Shown here in pieces: positions 1 through 14,041 of a DNA stretch of 64,000 nucleotides. Positions within the stretch are counted from its first letter, which is position 1; every line of letters begins with the position of its first letter. Below the pieces are notes generated by a model that did not search any database, was not told where the DNA came from, and saw only the letters and a list, made by a program, of their open reading frames with translations. The DNA is taken from contig CT868024.1 in the NCBI GenBank assembly GCA_000165425.1, positions 62,001-126,000 of the forward strand. Direction: 5' to 3'. A program made the position numbers and the translations under genes. Source of the stretch: Paramecium tetraurelia (taxonomy: Eukaryota).

Positions 1-1770
1 GAAACTAATTAATGGATTGTCTAATTAATAAAGAATCACTCAATAATTATAAACTAAATTATTATTGCAAGAATAGATATCTGAAGAATAATAGAATTAT
101 TATAAGGATTTGATAGGAGATTTGGAATACAAATTAATAGAATTGAAGAGAAACATTCATGATAAAGAGTATGCGATCCAAGAGTTGGAGAGAATGAAAC
201 CCATTCAAGAGAGAGAAGGTCAATTCGTCAAAATAATTGAAGTGGTCACTCCATCAGAATAGAACCTCAAATTGCATGAGGAATTAGAAAATGTGAGAAA
301 TTTATTGAACAAAATCACTTAGGAAGCTTAAGCCATCAGTGAAACCAATAATGCCTTGAGAGAAGTGAATTATGTAAAGAATATTATGTAATAAAGAATC
401 TAAAAAGAGAAATATTTAAAATGAGAATTGTGTTGAGAAGCTAAATTAATTTTTAGAGTATGAAAGGTAAAATTTGTCAATTTTATAATCAGATTTCGTC
501 TATAATGAATATATAGATAAAACGGATGACAATCTTCAAATCAATAGAGAAGTTCAAAATCAAAGAGGCAAGTTGGAGCAATTGCATTAGGAATTGTATG
601 GAACTTCAAGTTTGGGATATGGTTTCTCCCCAGAACCCTAACAACTCAAATACCTGAGCAAGAATGAACGTATGATTTACCAGGAGAAATTGCATAAGAT
701 GGAAATGATGGTCAAAGGATTTAAGGAATTATTCGAAAAGGAGAAGAATGCTAATTTACATGTTAGAAAGTTATACAATGATCTATTGACGAAATATGAA
801 TACATATTAGATACTAATGAATTGATAATCAAATCCAACAATTTGAAAGATGAAAGAAATGAAAAACAGTAAATTGAATTGCAATTCTACAAAAAACAAA
901 GTTAGAGTCTGATGGAATAACTAAGAAATAGAAAAGCGTTCAATTCTATACCTTTAAATTAAGAATAAGATATTGCAGTAGGAGTGTTTAGTCCTAGATA
1001 TCAACAGAAATATTTGAATAACCAATCTCAATCATCATTTTCAAAAGTGCAATAGACAGGCTCAGATGATTTAGAAATTAAGAACTCAGCCAGATAATTG
1101 AATTCAAATAACTTCAACAAAGTTATCAAACCTCAATAAATTAATTCAGTGTAGAGTACTTGTGCAAAAAAGTAGATTCAACAACTAGAAATTTAAGATG
1201 ATAGTTCATCCCTTGAATAAGATAGATACATTTGTCAAACTGCTAGAGGAGAGAATCCAAAAATTAGTAAATTGACCTAACAACAATAATAGGGACAAAT
1301 TATTTAGTATTATGATATGACTAAATAAGAGTGCATTGACTTCTTGATGTCGATGTTCAATGATTATTTTAAAAAATTTGACGTAAACCATTTGATTATT
1401 TTTTCTTAGTTGAGTAATATCAAGAAGCAATAACTCATGAAATAAATGCAAAATAGTGGATTTGATAAAAAGTCCATTAAGAGATCCTATAGCAATCCCT
1501 TTTTGTATTTTTCTAATGTCAAGGCAATCACTTTCAATCAACCACCAAAATAGTCTGTTATTGCTCTTGTATTTAATTGTTCTATCGTAGGCAAAAAATG
1601 AAATTTAATAGCTATTGTCTGAATTATAAAGCAAAAAGTAAAAGCAAGTTTAGAATCAAGGCGATGGGGTCTTTAGTGTAGATGTATCCAAAATAGACTT
1701 AAAACAAAATAAAAGATAGATGTTTGATGATGATTTAAGCTTTATATCTAATTTAGATGACTAAGATTGA
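1..1770 (+). CDS. Coiled-coil protein, 5' truncated by the window edge
   Basis: Long E/K/Q/L-rich open frame in code 6 with short introns near 365-490; ends GAC TAA GAT TGA at 1770. Confidence 0.7.
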
Positions 1771-1806
1771 TTAATGATTATAATTATATTTTTAATTAAT
1801 TAAGCG

Positions 1807-2253
1807 ATGTCTAAATAAGGTGTTAAAACAACTTCATCCACTTTAGCTGAATCGATGCGTTTTAGTGAAGTATCGCTAAGCCATTATAATTTCAGCATGA
1901 AGGTAGGCTCAAAAATCTTGCAGGTGCAAATTGAAATCACGTCTGATTCTCTCATCATAGAAGCCCTAGAAACAGCCATTGATTATTTTGTTCAAATTTA
2001 TTATGATTAAGATATTAATGAAAAATTAGACAATTATGAGGTGTATTCTGCTGATCCACAGGGAAATCCCTTATAAACTAAATTCAAAACAGACTAAACT
2101 CTTTCAGAAATAGATTGTTAAAATTTTGCATTAATTGTTAAGAAAAAAGGGGCATTATTATCTATATTAAAATAACCACTTTAAAAAGAAGTTAGAATTA
2201 CTGATAAACTTGAACTACCCAAATTTAGATACAATATTACAATTGCCAAATGA
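1807..2253 (+). CDS. Hypothetical 148-aa protein, possible ubiquitin-like/Ras-binding fold
   Basis: Intronless ATG..TGA frame in code 6 (MSKQGVKTTSS...YEVYSADPQG...NFALIVKK); fold guess is from the hydrophobic pattern only. Confidence 0.65.
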
Positions 2254-2598
2254 TTACTATAACATATAACAAGAAACTATTAAACCTAATTCCTATCTAA
2301 AACACTTATTAAAATAGGACTACAAGTACTATGATGAAATAAAAATAAATTGTCTCATTTTATATAACATAGATAGATGGGATACTTATTTTTCTTATTA
2401 TTATGAAGTCAAAACTTAGTTTTTATTTGATCTCTCTTTTAATCCTTTCAACTTTTTGAAATATACTTATTTAGAATTGATCTTTAAGTGATTTCTTTAA
2501 ATATCCTAATAATAACAAATGGATTTTGAATCAAATAATATATTTGTAAAATGAATTACTTTTAATGTTTTTCTAAATTATAAACAATTAATATTAAT

Positions 2599-2940
2599 AT
2601 GTTTTAAGATAGTAAAGTGCATGGGCCTTCATTAGTATTACAAAACTTGGGACCATTACATAAGTCTATAAGCAAAATAACAGACCCTGATCTGCAAAGT
2701 TTTGAGTGTTAGAAAAATACTTACATCACGTCCCCAAGAGCATAACGATTTGACAAACTGGGAAATTTGATTCACAAAAATTAGAAAAAAAAATACTAGA
2801 TCACATTTAGAGATGAAGTAACAGCCAAGACCAAATTGTATGATATTATTCTGGTGGACAATTGGAAAAAATACAACATTATAGATGAAGAAAAAGAGAA
2901 AGTAGGTTGTTGTAGATCCAATAGTTGTTAACTATTTTGA
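2599..2940 (+). CDS. Small RVxF-like/VDNWKKYN/CaaX protein (family member 1)
   Basis: 113 aa: ...RFDKLGNLIHKNQKKKYQITFRDE...IILVDNWKKYN...GCCRSNSCQLF*. Confidence 0.85.
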
Positions 2941-3967
2941 TATCACTCTATATTACAATCTCTATATATAATAAATAATTCATTTTACTGTTTGCTTTCT
3001 ACCATCCCATTCAACACTTTTGATGTTCAGTGTAGATGGACAATCTCTAATCTCCTTTATGAAAAAGTACATTCACCAGATCAAAAATAAGGAAAAGTTT
3101 AAAATACCTAGTATTCTTCTATTTTTAAAGCTGTTAAATTTGTGTCTTCTCTTTTATGTCAACTACCTCAGATAAACATTCGTTGTTTTTTAAATTTTTT
3201 TTGATACACTTTGGACCTTCCAAAATTTGAGGAAAATCCTAATTTACACTCTATGAATCGATCACGTATCTTATTATATTTATCAGAAGTAGATTAAAAA
3301 GTGAACAGTCAAAGAAATCCTAAGAGTAGGTAAATTTACTAGATTACTCGTTTATATATAATAATCACAATACTTTTAAGTACTATAATCCTATGAGAAA
3401 AATAGATAAACTGAAAGTTGTTTCAAATGGAAGAAATATTTTTAATATGCAAGATAAATTCCATAAATTTATGGATGCTTATAAAATTTGCTATTATCAT
3501 TATTTGGATATTATTATGCTAATATATTAAGCTAAAAAAAAAGGAATTATATTACTATATTATTAATAATGGTAACCTAATTGTTCAAAATTATTTTACT
3601 GAATTTAGGAAATTTAGCAATTGTAATTTGTTTCTTCAATTATTTTGATGAGTAATGTGATTTAATTTGAATATTCAAAGGTCTTTATTATTATATTATA
3701 AAAAAATTTTGATAATTATCGGATTTAAATATATGATAAAATATTGCCAGCTGGATAAACTAATAGATATATGTGAATTAGCTAAAAAAGTGTGAGATTA
3801 TTAAAGAAAATTGAAATTCTTTGAAGTTTTAAAAAATCTGTATAATAAATAAAGTTTATAAAACCCATTCATTAATATTTAAATTTATATTAGAATTATG
3901 GAGCTTAATAGCGACAAACTAATTAGATATATTAATTTATTATAAATCATATAATTATAATAAATAA

Positions 3968-4271
3968 ATGTCAGATTGTGAGTACTATTAGAAATTTGGA
4001 ATTAACTAGTCTATTTTCAATAGCGAGCCTTTAAAACAGCTTACACCAATATTAAAAATCTCTCGTTCTGCTTCAGATGATACTATGGTTCGTAAAGATA
4101 GTTATGGGAATGTAATTATGCGTGGAAATAAGTAGCATAAAATATAGTTTAGGGATTAAAATGAAGTACATTTAGGTATTTAAAATTAATTATAGATTAG
4201 TTGAAAATTGGAAATAATACAATACGGACATGACCAATAAAGAATCTCCTTGTGTCTGTCAAATAATATGA
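3968..4271 (+). CDS. Small RVxF/VENWKQYN/CaaX protein (family member 2)
   Basis: One 25-nt intron at 4176-4200; ...PILK...RKDSYGNVIMRGNKQHKIQFRDQNEVHLVENWKQYN...PCVCQII*. Confidence 0.85.
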
Positions 4272-4513
4272 CTTTTCAGTATTTCATTTTTTTTCAAGCT
4301 TATGGATAATTTTTATTCTGTTTATTTGTTAGAACCCCTACTTTTTAAACAAAATTTTAACTAATAAATTTAGATCAGATTAATCATATAATCAGTTTTC
4401 TAAAGGAATCGAATTCTTTGTTTCTTATTGCTGTAGGATTTATTAAAAGAATGCCATTAATAATTACAATTATTTGAATTCAATATTATATATATTAAAT
4501 CAAATTTGAGAAG

Positions 4514-5216
4514 ATGTCTCAGTAAAGAAGACCAAGTAGTTAACAGAAAATGTAATAGAATATTGTAAAAAGTTATAAAATGTTAGACCTAATCAATTAA
4601 CAATTTGAAGACTCAACTATAGTAATAGAAATAACACAGATGGTCAGAACAAAAAATGAATAAAGAACTTTTCGATTTTTTATTATAAATAAATTTGCAG
4701 CAATATTACGCAAAAATAGCATAGCACTGTGACGGGAGTTTATAGTAACTGATTGATATGAAGTATGTTAATGATTATAATAATCAGATCAACGAAAGAT
4801 ATAAAGGATTTACCATTTGGATATCAGATTAAATTATAGGTATAAAGACTTGATTAAAATTGAGAAAGCGATTGAGAAGATGTCTAAAGAAACAGGAAAT
4901 AAAATACCCAAAATAGAATAGAAATTGCAAAATGATCAAAAAGAATGTTGTTGGATTTGCTTTTAATTGATATTTGAAAGCATAGATTGTTATGGAAAGA
5001 AAATGTGTTCTGATAAATGCAAACAAGTGTATTTGAAAGAGATATAAGTAAACAAGCTTTAACTAACTTAAGATAAATTGTAAGAGATGTGGAAAAGTGA
5101 AAACCAAATACGATGCAATTAATTCATATGGAGAATGGTATTGTTAATAGGAATGTGCTTATACTGAAGAGGAATTAATGTTTCTATTAATGAAGTCAAG
5201 TTAACTGAAGAAATGA
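4514..5216 (+). CDS. SAM-domain protein with two C-terminal Cys4 (FCS/TRASH-like) zinc-binding motifs
   Basis: FLLQINLQQYYAKI...DLPFGYQIKLQKAIEKM (SAM-like), then CWIC...MCSDKC and CKRC...YCQQEC; three short introns. Confidence 0.7.
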
Positions 5217-5274
5217 ATTAGTATATAATTAATTATTATAATTTTTGATGTGGAAATTAAAATATTCAATATTC

Positions 5275-5840
5275 ATGTCTAAATTTCATATTGATTCTGC
5301 AGAAATGGAGGTTCTTAACTAAAATAAATGAAAGAATCTGAAGAGTCACTTTGATAGAAGAAAGAAATTAAAATTAAGAGCAATATTAATTAAGGCAAGT
5401 ATGAGGGTGAATTAACTATTGACAATAGACGTATCATGAATATAATGCCTGTGCTTATGTGTGACAATTGAAAGATGAGAGATCGATGAAAAAGGAGAAT
5501 AATTCATCTCAAATTGCAATATGAAGAGAGAAGGAAAGAAATTAGATGATAATATCTATCAATAAAATTGCTAACACGTATTAAGTCGAGTATGCTACAA
5601 TGATAAAAGAATAGGAAATTTATAAAATATTTATAAATAATCAGAAGTATGAAAGATTATGATTGATATATATCAAAAAGTAATTTACTATACAAAATAA
5701 ACCGTGTATATTAAAAATTTTATTGATAGCAGAAAGTTCATACATGTAGTAGGATTAAAATACGAATAAGGAACCTAATGTTAGTCTGATGGATCTAAGT
5801 ATTGATAAGATAAAGAAATTGAAAAAGGGGAAATGAAAGG
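5275..5840 (+). pseudogene. Probable decayed gene remnant
   Basis: Coding-like purine-rich composition and intron-like GTA..TAG segments, but the frames I followed hit several TGA codons. Confidence 0.35.
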
Positions 5841-5917
5841 AGAATTTATATCATATAATTTAAATGTTATTAAATTGAATTTGCTTAGAATGCATTATAA
5901 AATAACTTATATTATTA

Positions 5918-7667
5918 ATGAAAATTTTAATAGTTAATGGGTATGGAAAATGTATTAAGGGGTTCAGGAGCGCAGAACATTATAAGCAAATAATAAAAGA
6001 AGTAAAGCAAATCAACTAATTAAACTTTAGGTATTGACAGGCAAAAAAGAAATGATCGACACAGAATTAGAATTCTTCTTTGCTGATCGTGATTCAATTG
6101 ATGACTTTCTTTATGAAATTGACAGTTCTTTTGTGAGAGTTGAATGTGGTAAAATGTTTGATTCAATCGACTTAATCTTCTTTGAAGGTGATGCAAATCT
6201 TAGACCTTGGTCTCCTAATGCTTACAAGTACTTGATTTTGTTAAGGATGTGCATGAGAAGTAATAAGATTCTATTTGCATCATCATTTGCCATGCAAGGC
6301 TTAGTGTTTTTGATTGCGTCTAATGTCGAATGTGTACAAACTTACCCTACTTTAGTAATTCTCAGTCATCAATGGACTCAATGGTGGATAATTGGGAGAT
6401 CTCTCCAAAATCAAGAAATCTCTTACTGAAATCAGAATGAATGATTACTTTCTTGATAATGTAACTGGTGATTTATACAGTTTTAATTATGATACAGGAG
6501 AATGGGTCAGTAAAGGAAATGCTGGGTTGCATAGTAGAAGAGCTGCTGAAGAATTTAAGACTATTGGCAAGTATATTGTTAAGGCACCACAATACAAGGT
6601 ATAAAGAATGAAAGAAATCGATTAACCTTACATTTCCAAAGAAAATGAAATTGTTTGTTCTTTAAGAAAGAATTCCATGCATAATTATCTATTTAATGGT
6701 TTGCCTTTTGAATTTGTGGTTCCATTTAAGAATTCTTGGGATGTTCATCCGTTTAATTTTGTCAACCCAAAGAAGACATTCCAAACAATGGCTGATTGTG
6801 AAAAAGGTTATTAAACATTTTATATTGCTAGGACCCCTTGTGATTTAAGTTACAGACAATATTGTAGCCACTCAATTCTCAATACGTTCTAAGTATAAGG
6901 AAACAGTTCAAATTATGCGTAATTTTATGGGATATTAATTAAGTATTCTAATAGTTTATTTAGCAAAATTATGTTCTGGTAGAGCATAAACAATTCCGAT
7001 TGAAATTGCTTCGATTAAGTAGAATGATAATGCCATGGATATTTATTTGGAACATTTAGGTCGTAGTAAATATCATAACTAAAAAACAATTAAATTTAAT
7101 GTTATTACAGAATTTCATCATGCAGGATTTGCAGCTAAGAAATCTAATCAATTAGATGTTGTTGTGAATAATGCAATTGGAAAACGAAAATTTAAATAGA
7201 CAATTCAAAAGTTAAATGCAAAAGACTTGGATAGATTATTAGATTAAGTATATATCCAAATTATTTTGTAATAGAATTCTTCCCTTCCAAATCAAACTTT
7301 CTAAAATGATTAAGATCGTTAACCAAGCATCTATAGTTCGTAACCATAACATAATGTTGAGGATTAGCCACAGGTATTCAATAAGACAGGTGCAGAGATT
7401 ATTTAATTTCTACATCCATCTATTGATAAATCTCTATTTCACGAATCAAAACCTCTTTGGGTTCCTGGCTATTTGTCTCAAAGTCGATTATAAAAGAGTT
7501 AATTGAAATAAAAGTAGAATACCGCAGGTGATGAGGGTTAATCAACCCCTTTTTTGACAGAACAAAAGCAGATTACTACTCCTAGGTTACCGAGAACAGC
7601 TTCATAGCCTCATTTTAGAGTAATCTAAAAGGATAAATGGATAACAAATAAGAATTTTTAAGTTTGA
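5918..7667 (+). CDS. Class I glutamine amidotransferase-fold protein lacking the catalytic triad
   Basis: MKILIVNGY..., DLIFFEGD..PW, KILFASSFAMQGL (cf. PILGICLGMQ), NIVATQFSI (cf. GVQFHPE), IMRNF; several short introns. Confidence 0.7.
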
Positions 7668-8508
7668 CTATATATGTCTATATTATAAAATCAATCTGTA
7701 TATATAGTACTCAGTTTTTTAACTTTTTTAGCATCCAGAATCATTTCTAAATAAATAGTATTTGAAAGTCTATTCATTAGATTTAGATCAGAAAGATGCA
7801 ATATTTGAAATAGGAATGAATTATTTACAATAATCTTAAACCAATTTTATCTGAAACTTTCAAAGTTATTTTAAGAGAGACTTAAAGTTTTGTTTATTTA
7901 AATTACTTTTTAATAAAAAAGACATGTATTCTTCTTTTGTTTGGCTTATTAAAAAATGAATAATATTTATTGTATATTATGAGATTATCCTTAAATTAAT
8001 TATTAAGATAGTTTTATTTTTATAAGTTTCAAAAATATGTATTCTTAAAAATTCTGTAAATTTAAAGTGTTTGAGTGCTAAATATTTTTAAAGATAAAAA
8101 TTAAGCCTTAAGTTTATTTTGTTAAATTTCGAAAGCATTGAAAGAATTCTAAATTCAAAGAATATGGTCTTATTAATAACTATCTTAAATTAATTAAATT
8201 AAATATTAATTGCTGTTGAGATAAAATTAATCAAAATTTCAATTTATCTAGATTAATTGTTTTATAACCACTATCATATGATCTTGGTCTACATTAGCAT
8301 CAACATATATTGCACATTTTTTGGCTATTCTAGAATGATCACTAATTGATTTTAATACTGACAATTGCTTTTATTATTAATAATCTTACTAACTGAGAAA
8401 GATTATTAATAATTGAAGCATTTAATATTTTATATTTTCCACAATTGTAATTACTTTAACATTTAATAATGATTAATTATTATATAACTAATACGATATT
8501 AAGAGTAG

Positions 8509-9386
8509 ATGAAGAAAGGAAAAAAAACATAGGAGCATTTTGATATTGCAATCCATTATAAAAAGTAACAAGAATACTTGAGATACAGTCTCTAAGAGAA
8601 CTTAGATAATTATGGTATTTTGAAAAGTAAAGAAGGACTTTAGAAGCAATCATTCAGGGAACAAGAGTAAGAAAACATAGAGATAACACCTAAAAAGTCT
8701 ATGAGACCTAGAAGCGCGTATACATCATTGAGTCAGGGATTTTCATCACGACAGAGACCAATAACAGCACCCGGATTCAATTTGCAAGTAAAACATATGA
8801 TGAAGATTAATGAGAATGAAGAGATGGTATCAGCACCATATCATTCAGAAACTAAGTATTGGAGGAATACAAAGAAATTTGATAAAAGTAACTTATTTTT
8901 ATATGTTATTAATTAGCAAACTAAAATGTGATTCGTAACCATTCAGCTTTACAGAAGGTTTCTTTGGGATGTGAAAGTGAATTTTACAATATTGAGGAGG
9001 AAGAAACAAGAAATCAGAATATGATCGAGAAACAGATCATTAGGAATAGATTGTTCTCTCCGATGTAGAGTTAACAAAAACATTAAATAAATGATAGAGA
9101 CATTCAATATTTAACGGAGGGGTTTTATCAACATGTAGCATTAATTAAAGGGACTCAACCTTAAAAGACATTCAAGCATTCCAATTTGTAAATATGCGAT
9201 AATCTTGTTGACATAATGAGATTGATAAATGGGCAAACTTACACTAAAAGTCCTGTGATCGTTAAGACGAAACCTTAAGGATTGAGACCTCAAAGTGCAG
9301 TCAGCAAATTAGTGAGTGTGAATAAACGCTATAAACCTGTGAGTGGAAAGATGTAATCGATTGCAATCAGAGGATTCTAATTGTGA
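8509..9386 (+). CDS. Hypothetical basic protein with RPxSA/RPxTA motifs
   Basis: Code-6 frame with two introns; contains RPRSA, RPITA and RPQSA. Confidence 0.7.
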
Positions 9387-9449
9387 TATAAATATATATA
9401 TAATTTCTCAAAATATCCATTTATTATTATTTAATCAATATCCAAAACA

Positions 9450-12400
9450 ATGAGTGATATTATCAGAAGTTCTTAGTACAGAGCAATACAGGTAATAACT
9501 TGATTCTATCGAATTAGAATGTTACAACTAATCAACAAGCCAATAATCCAGTCCTCCAGGGACAAGTGGTAAAGCAAGTAATCTTGGAAACACGCAAAGA
9601 TGAATAGACTGAATAATACGAATTGAGAATCGAAAAACTCACTCAAGAGGTTGAGCAGTGGAAAAGACAATGCTTTTTAAGTGAGTAGTAACTAAATAAA
9701 TTTACAACTCAATTACAAGAAGTAATTTATATCATTAACCAATTTAATAGATGGCCAGTCTTGAAGCTAGATTGGCTGCTTTGTAATAGGAATATAAGAG
9801 TGTGGAAATCAAATATCGAGAAAAGTGTAATGAATTCGAGAAGTTGAGGATTGAGTATAGTAAACTTGATTCAGCCCTTATCTCTTATTCATTAACTCAC
9901 ATTGAAACCAAGAAGTTCGAGGAGGCCATACAGAGTAAATAGAATATCATTTCCGACTTGCAAAGACAACTCCAAGATGCCAATGAGAGATTATTACAAA
10001 TCCCTAAATTGGAAGATTTGTTGAGAAACGAACATCGCAAAAACGAATAACTAGTCTAAGAGATTGATTAATGGAAATAAAAGTACTCAGCCACACAATA
10101 GGACAAAGATAATTACATTAAATAATTAAAATACGAAAGTGAAGATATTAATTAGAAAAACAAAGAATTCTTAGAGGCTGAAATTTAGAAAGGGAATAAT
10201 GATCTCTTGAACAAGGTGAAATTACTTTAAGCCCAAATCGAACAACTTAAGACAGAGGCCAAATAATTCTAAAATCTCTTGTAATTGGAGTAGTCTGAAA
10301 ATAACAAATTAAAATCTGAGGTGGATTTATTAAATGCTCGTATTGTGGAACAAAATGAACAATTAGACATTGAGATTGGATTGGTCAAGGAGAGAGACTT
10401 CAAATTAAATGATGCTGAAGCCAAGATCAAATAATTAGAGGATGATTTGTTGGAAATCAGAAGATTGGATCAAATTATTCAGGATTTGGAAACTAAAAAT
10501 CAGAATCTAGTGAATGAGATAGACACATTACGTAATGAGGCTAATCAATACAAATTGGTTATTTAGTAATTGGAACATGATCTTGGTAAGTTAATGGAAT
10601 TGGAAAATAAAGTGGCTATGTTGTCTTCCGAAATTGAAAGATTGAAATAGATGATAGCTTCTAAGAATGAGTAAATAGATAGATTGAAACAACAAATTGA
10701 TCAATTAAATAAAGCAATAGATGAGTATAAGACTATTGAAGCAGAGAAGTAGGTGCTTGAAAATAAATGTGCTATGTTGGCTACAGAAATTGAAAGAAAG
10801 AAGTTTTAGATTGAATAGAGAGATGCTAAAATTAATGATCTAAATAAACAAATCAACGAGCAACAATAATTCATTGATGAGTTGAAGGAAAGACCTGATC
10901 TCTCCATCCCTTTGGCTGAGGCTGAGAACTTGATTAAGTTATGGCAAGAGAAATATTAAAATTTAGAGTAAATTCAAAACAAATACACAATTATTGAATA
11001 AGAAAACTATTAATTGAAGAATTAATTGTAAGCCTTGTTGTAAGAATTAGATCAACTCAAAAAAGATTTAGAATAGAGATCAAATCAATTGAATGATGCT
11101 GAGTCAACCATTCATTTAATGGAATAAGATCTTAACAAACTCAGTTCACTTCAAGAACAGGTCAAGGCTTGGGAATCTAAATATCAATTACAAACAGAGT
11201 AATTTACCACAATAAGAGAGTAATTGATTCAAAGTTAGGAAACCATAAAGAAGAGCGATAGGGATGAGATTTTAAATGAGTTAAGAGAGTTACAGGGAAG
11301 ATACCAATCTTTGGAAACCTAGAATCAAGACCTCATTGATTAACTAGAATAATTGAGATAGTTGTATATTAAGTGTCAAGCAGAATTGGAGGAGGCCATC
11401 AAATTAGAATCAAAGGTGTATGATTTGGAAAACAAGGTGGCCATGCTTTCAAGTGAAGTAGAAAGATTGAAATACAGAACCAATTAAAAGGATGAGGAAT
11501 TAAAGAAATTGTAAGCTTAGACTAAGGATTTCGATAGTTTGAAGAATGATTTCTAATAGTAGAGTGGAGATTTATAGAATACATCACAATCATTGGAGGA
11601 AGTGACTTAGCAATTGGAATCATAATTGGATAAGTTTAAGTTATAGACGAAAGAATTGAATGAGGCTTAATAAATGAGGGATCAATTGGAAAATAAGATT
11701 GCTATGTTGTCTACTGAAATTGAAAGATATAAATACAAGTTAAATAGCAAATAGAATGAGACTGATGAATTAAAGAAGTAAATCCTAGATCTACAATAAC
11801 AGATAAGTCATCTAAGTTAAGTGGAGAATGACAATATCAAATTAAATTAAGAGTGTGAAAAATTAGATCAAAAGTATAATGATTAAGTTGAAGTATTGCA
11901 ACAAACCAAAAATGAGAGAAATGAATTACAATAAATCAAAAGCCAATTAGAATAAGATTTACACTTATTGTAATCAGAGTTGCAAACCTCTTAACAAAAT
12001 TAAGAAATCAAAAACAAATAAATAAAACAATTAGAGAATGTGATTTAAGAGAAGGAATAAAATATTTCATAGCTTAAGAATTAAGAGTAAAAGATGTTTG
12101 AATATGAAACTAAATTAGCATTTCTAAGTCAGGAGATTGAAAGATAAACCAATCAATATAAGGTGAAATTGGGTGAATTGGCAGAGTTGTAATCCCAATT
12201 GATTAATATAAATGAATTATAAATAGTCATCTAGACCCTTGAAAATGAAAAAGCAAAACTCTCAGGAATAATCTAACAAAAGGAACATGAGACTCAATCA
12301 TGGAAGAATAAGGTAGATGAGTAGTAAAAGGCAATGGAGAAATTTGAAGAGATGAAGGTAATCTTAGAAATCTATTTTATTAGTATCAAATGGAGAATAA

Positions 12401-12741
12401 AATTGCTATGTTATCAAGTGAAGTTGAGAGATTGAATTACAAATATAAGGTATTATTGGATGATAAGTCCAAATGGAATAAGAGAATGAAGTTGCTTTTT
12501 GATGAATTAACAAAAGTTAGTATGTAGAATGAGATTTCATCGAATGTAAAGATATTGATTTTAACATTTTTAGGAAGCATTCAATTGGAAACATAAGATA
12601 TTGGAGTTGGCTGAATTGCAATCAAAATTGACACAACAAGATGGTTCTATTTAACAATGTTTGTAGGAGACCGAACACATGAGATAGCAATTACAAGAAT
12701 AAGATTTCTTGGATGCTAGACAAAAAGTAAGATCATTATGA
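9450..12741 (+). CDS. Large coiled-coil protein with repeated LENKxAMLSxEIER motif
   Basis: About 1060-aa heptad-rich frame with four short introns; the motif recurs at least 6 times. Confidence 0.85.
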
Positions 12742-12766
12742 AATATTACATAATAAAATTTATTAT

Positions 12767-14041
12767 TCATTATTGCTATTGTTTTTATTATTATTGTTTC
12801 AATTGCTATTTTTTTTATTAATTTATTTTAGTTATTTGTTCTCTTTTTTCAATCTCCAACTGAACATTGATTATCGGTTCTGAGTTTTTTTGTCTCATGA
12901 TATTCACCTCATTCAAAATCAGGGCCTTCAAATCTTTTAATTAGATAGTGCTATCATTTTCAAATTAGCAATCTAAATTGCCTTCAAATGATGGTTCATC
13001 ATCAGGGTCTCTAATTGGTTCTAAGTAAGGATGATTAAGAGCCTAGGAGTTATTTTTATTAATGTACTTCAGCACTTGTAATTCTCTTTTTAGGATTAAT
13101 TTCAAGTAATTTATCTAATAAATCGATGGCTTAAGGATTAGAATATTTGATAACAGAGCCAATAGATGCTTTTTATTTGGTTTATAGGCTACTAACATAC
13201 TTTTTGGCATTTAAATTAGTAATGAAGCCCAAATCTTCTTCGCCTGGCTTTCCCAAAGTATCAAAGATCAATTTAATCATTTGAATATAATTTGTTCCTT
13301 TAAATAAAATTTATCTGGTGATTAATTCAGCGAAGGTACAACCCAACGACCACATATCAATGGCAGTTGAATATTCATGTGAAGATAACATAACTTCAGG
13401 AGCTCTGTAGTATCCTTGATTAATATTTGAAATATCGATACTTGTAACAACGTATTCTGTAAGCATATTCTGACAGCGATTGTCTTCAGCTTCCAATTCC
13501 TCGATTTGTCTGGCCAATCCGAAATCACAAAAACAGATTTCGCAATTCTCAGTGGCCAATATATTGCTTGGCTTGATGTCTCTATGGACGATGTTGGCTG
13601 AATGCAAATATTTTAATGCTTTTATTAATTGATACCTATGTTATCAATAGCAAATTACATGATGTATTGGAAGTGCTGATCAGTCAGATTCTAGCCGCTC
13701 TTTATTATTTTATATAAATCCACTTCCATGTAATTGGTAACCAAATAAATTTCCCCAAAATCCAATTCCTTATTTGAGTCATCATAAATGAGATGTTCCA
13801 AGCGAAGAATGTTCTCGTGCTTCATTGTTCTCAATATTCTAATTTCTCTCAAAACTCTTTTAGCATCTATTTCATCTCTCACCAGGTGGAGCTTTTTAAT
13901 AGCCACTTTCTAGTAATCAGGGTCTGTCTATTTCTTATCAATAGCCAATGCAACATGTCCATATGCACCAGCCCCTAGTAATTTTTTAACATCATATCTA
14001 GGCCCTACATTAAATTGAATCCCAGAAACGATTTGATTCAT
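12767..14041 (-). CDS. MAP kinase (TEY activation loop, ERK-like)
   Basis: GAGAYGHV, VAIKK, HRDIKPSN, DFGLAR, MLTEYVVTRYYRAPE; Gln-rich tail; three introns. Confidence 0.95.

Noticed and set aside
2990..3350. Coding-like patches in intergenic DNA (also 21330-21600 and 22550-22750)
   Set aside because: Interrupted by TGA codons with no recognisable motif; at most old pseudogene remnants
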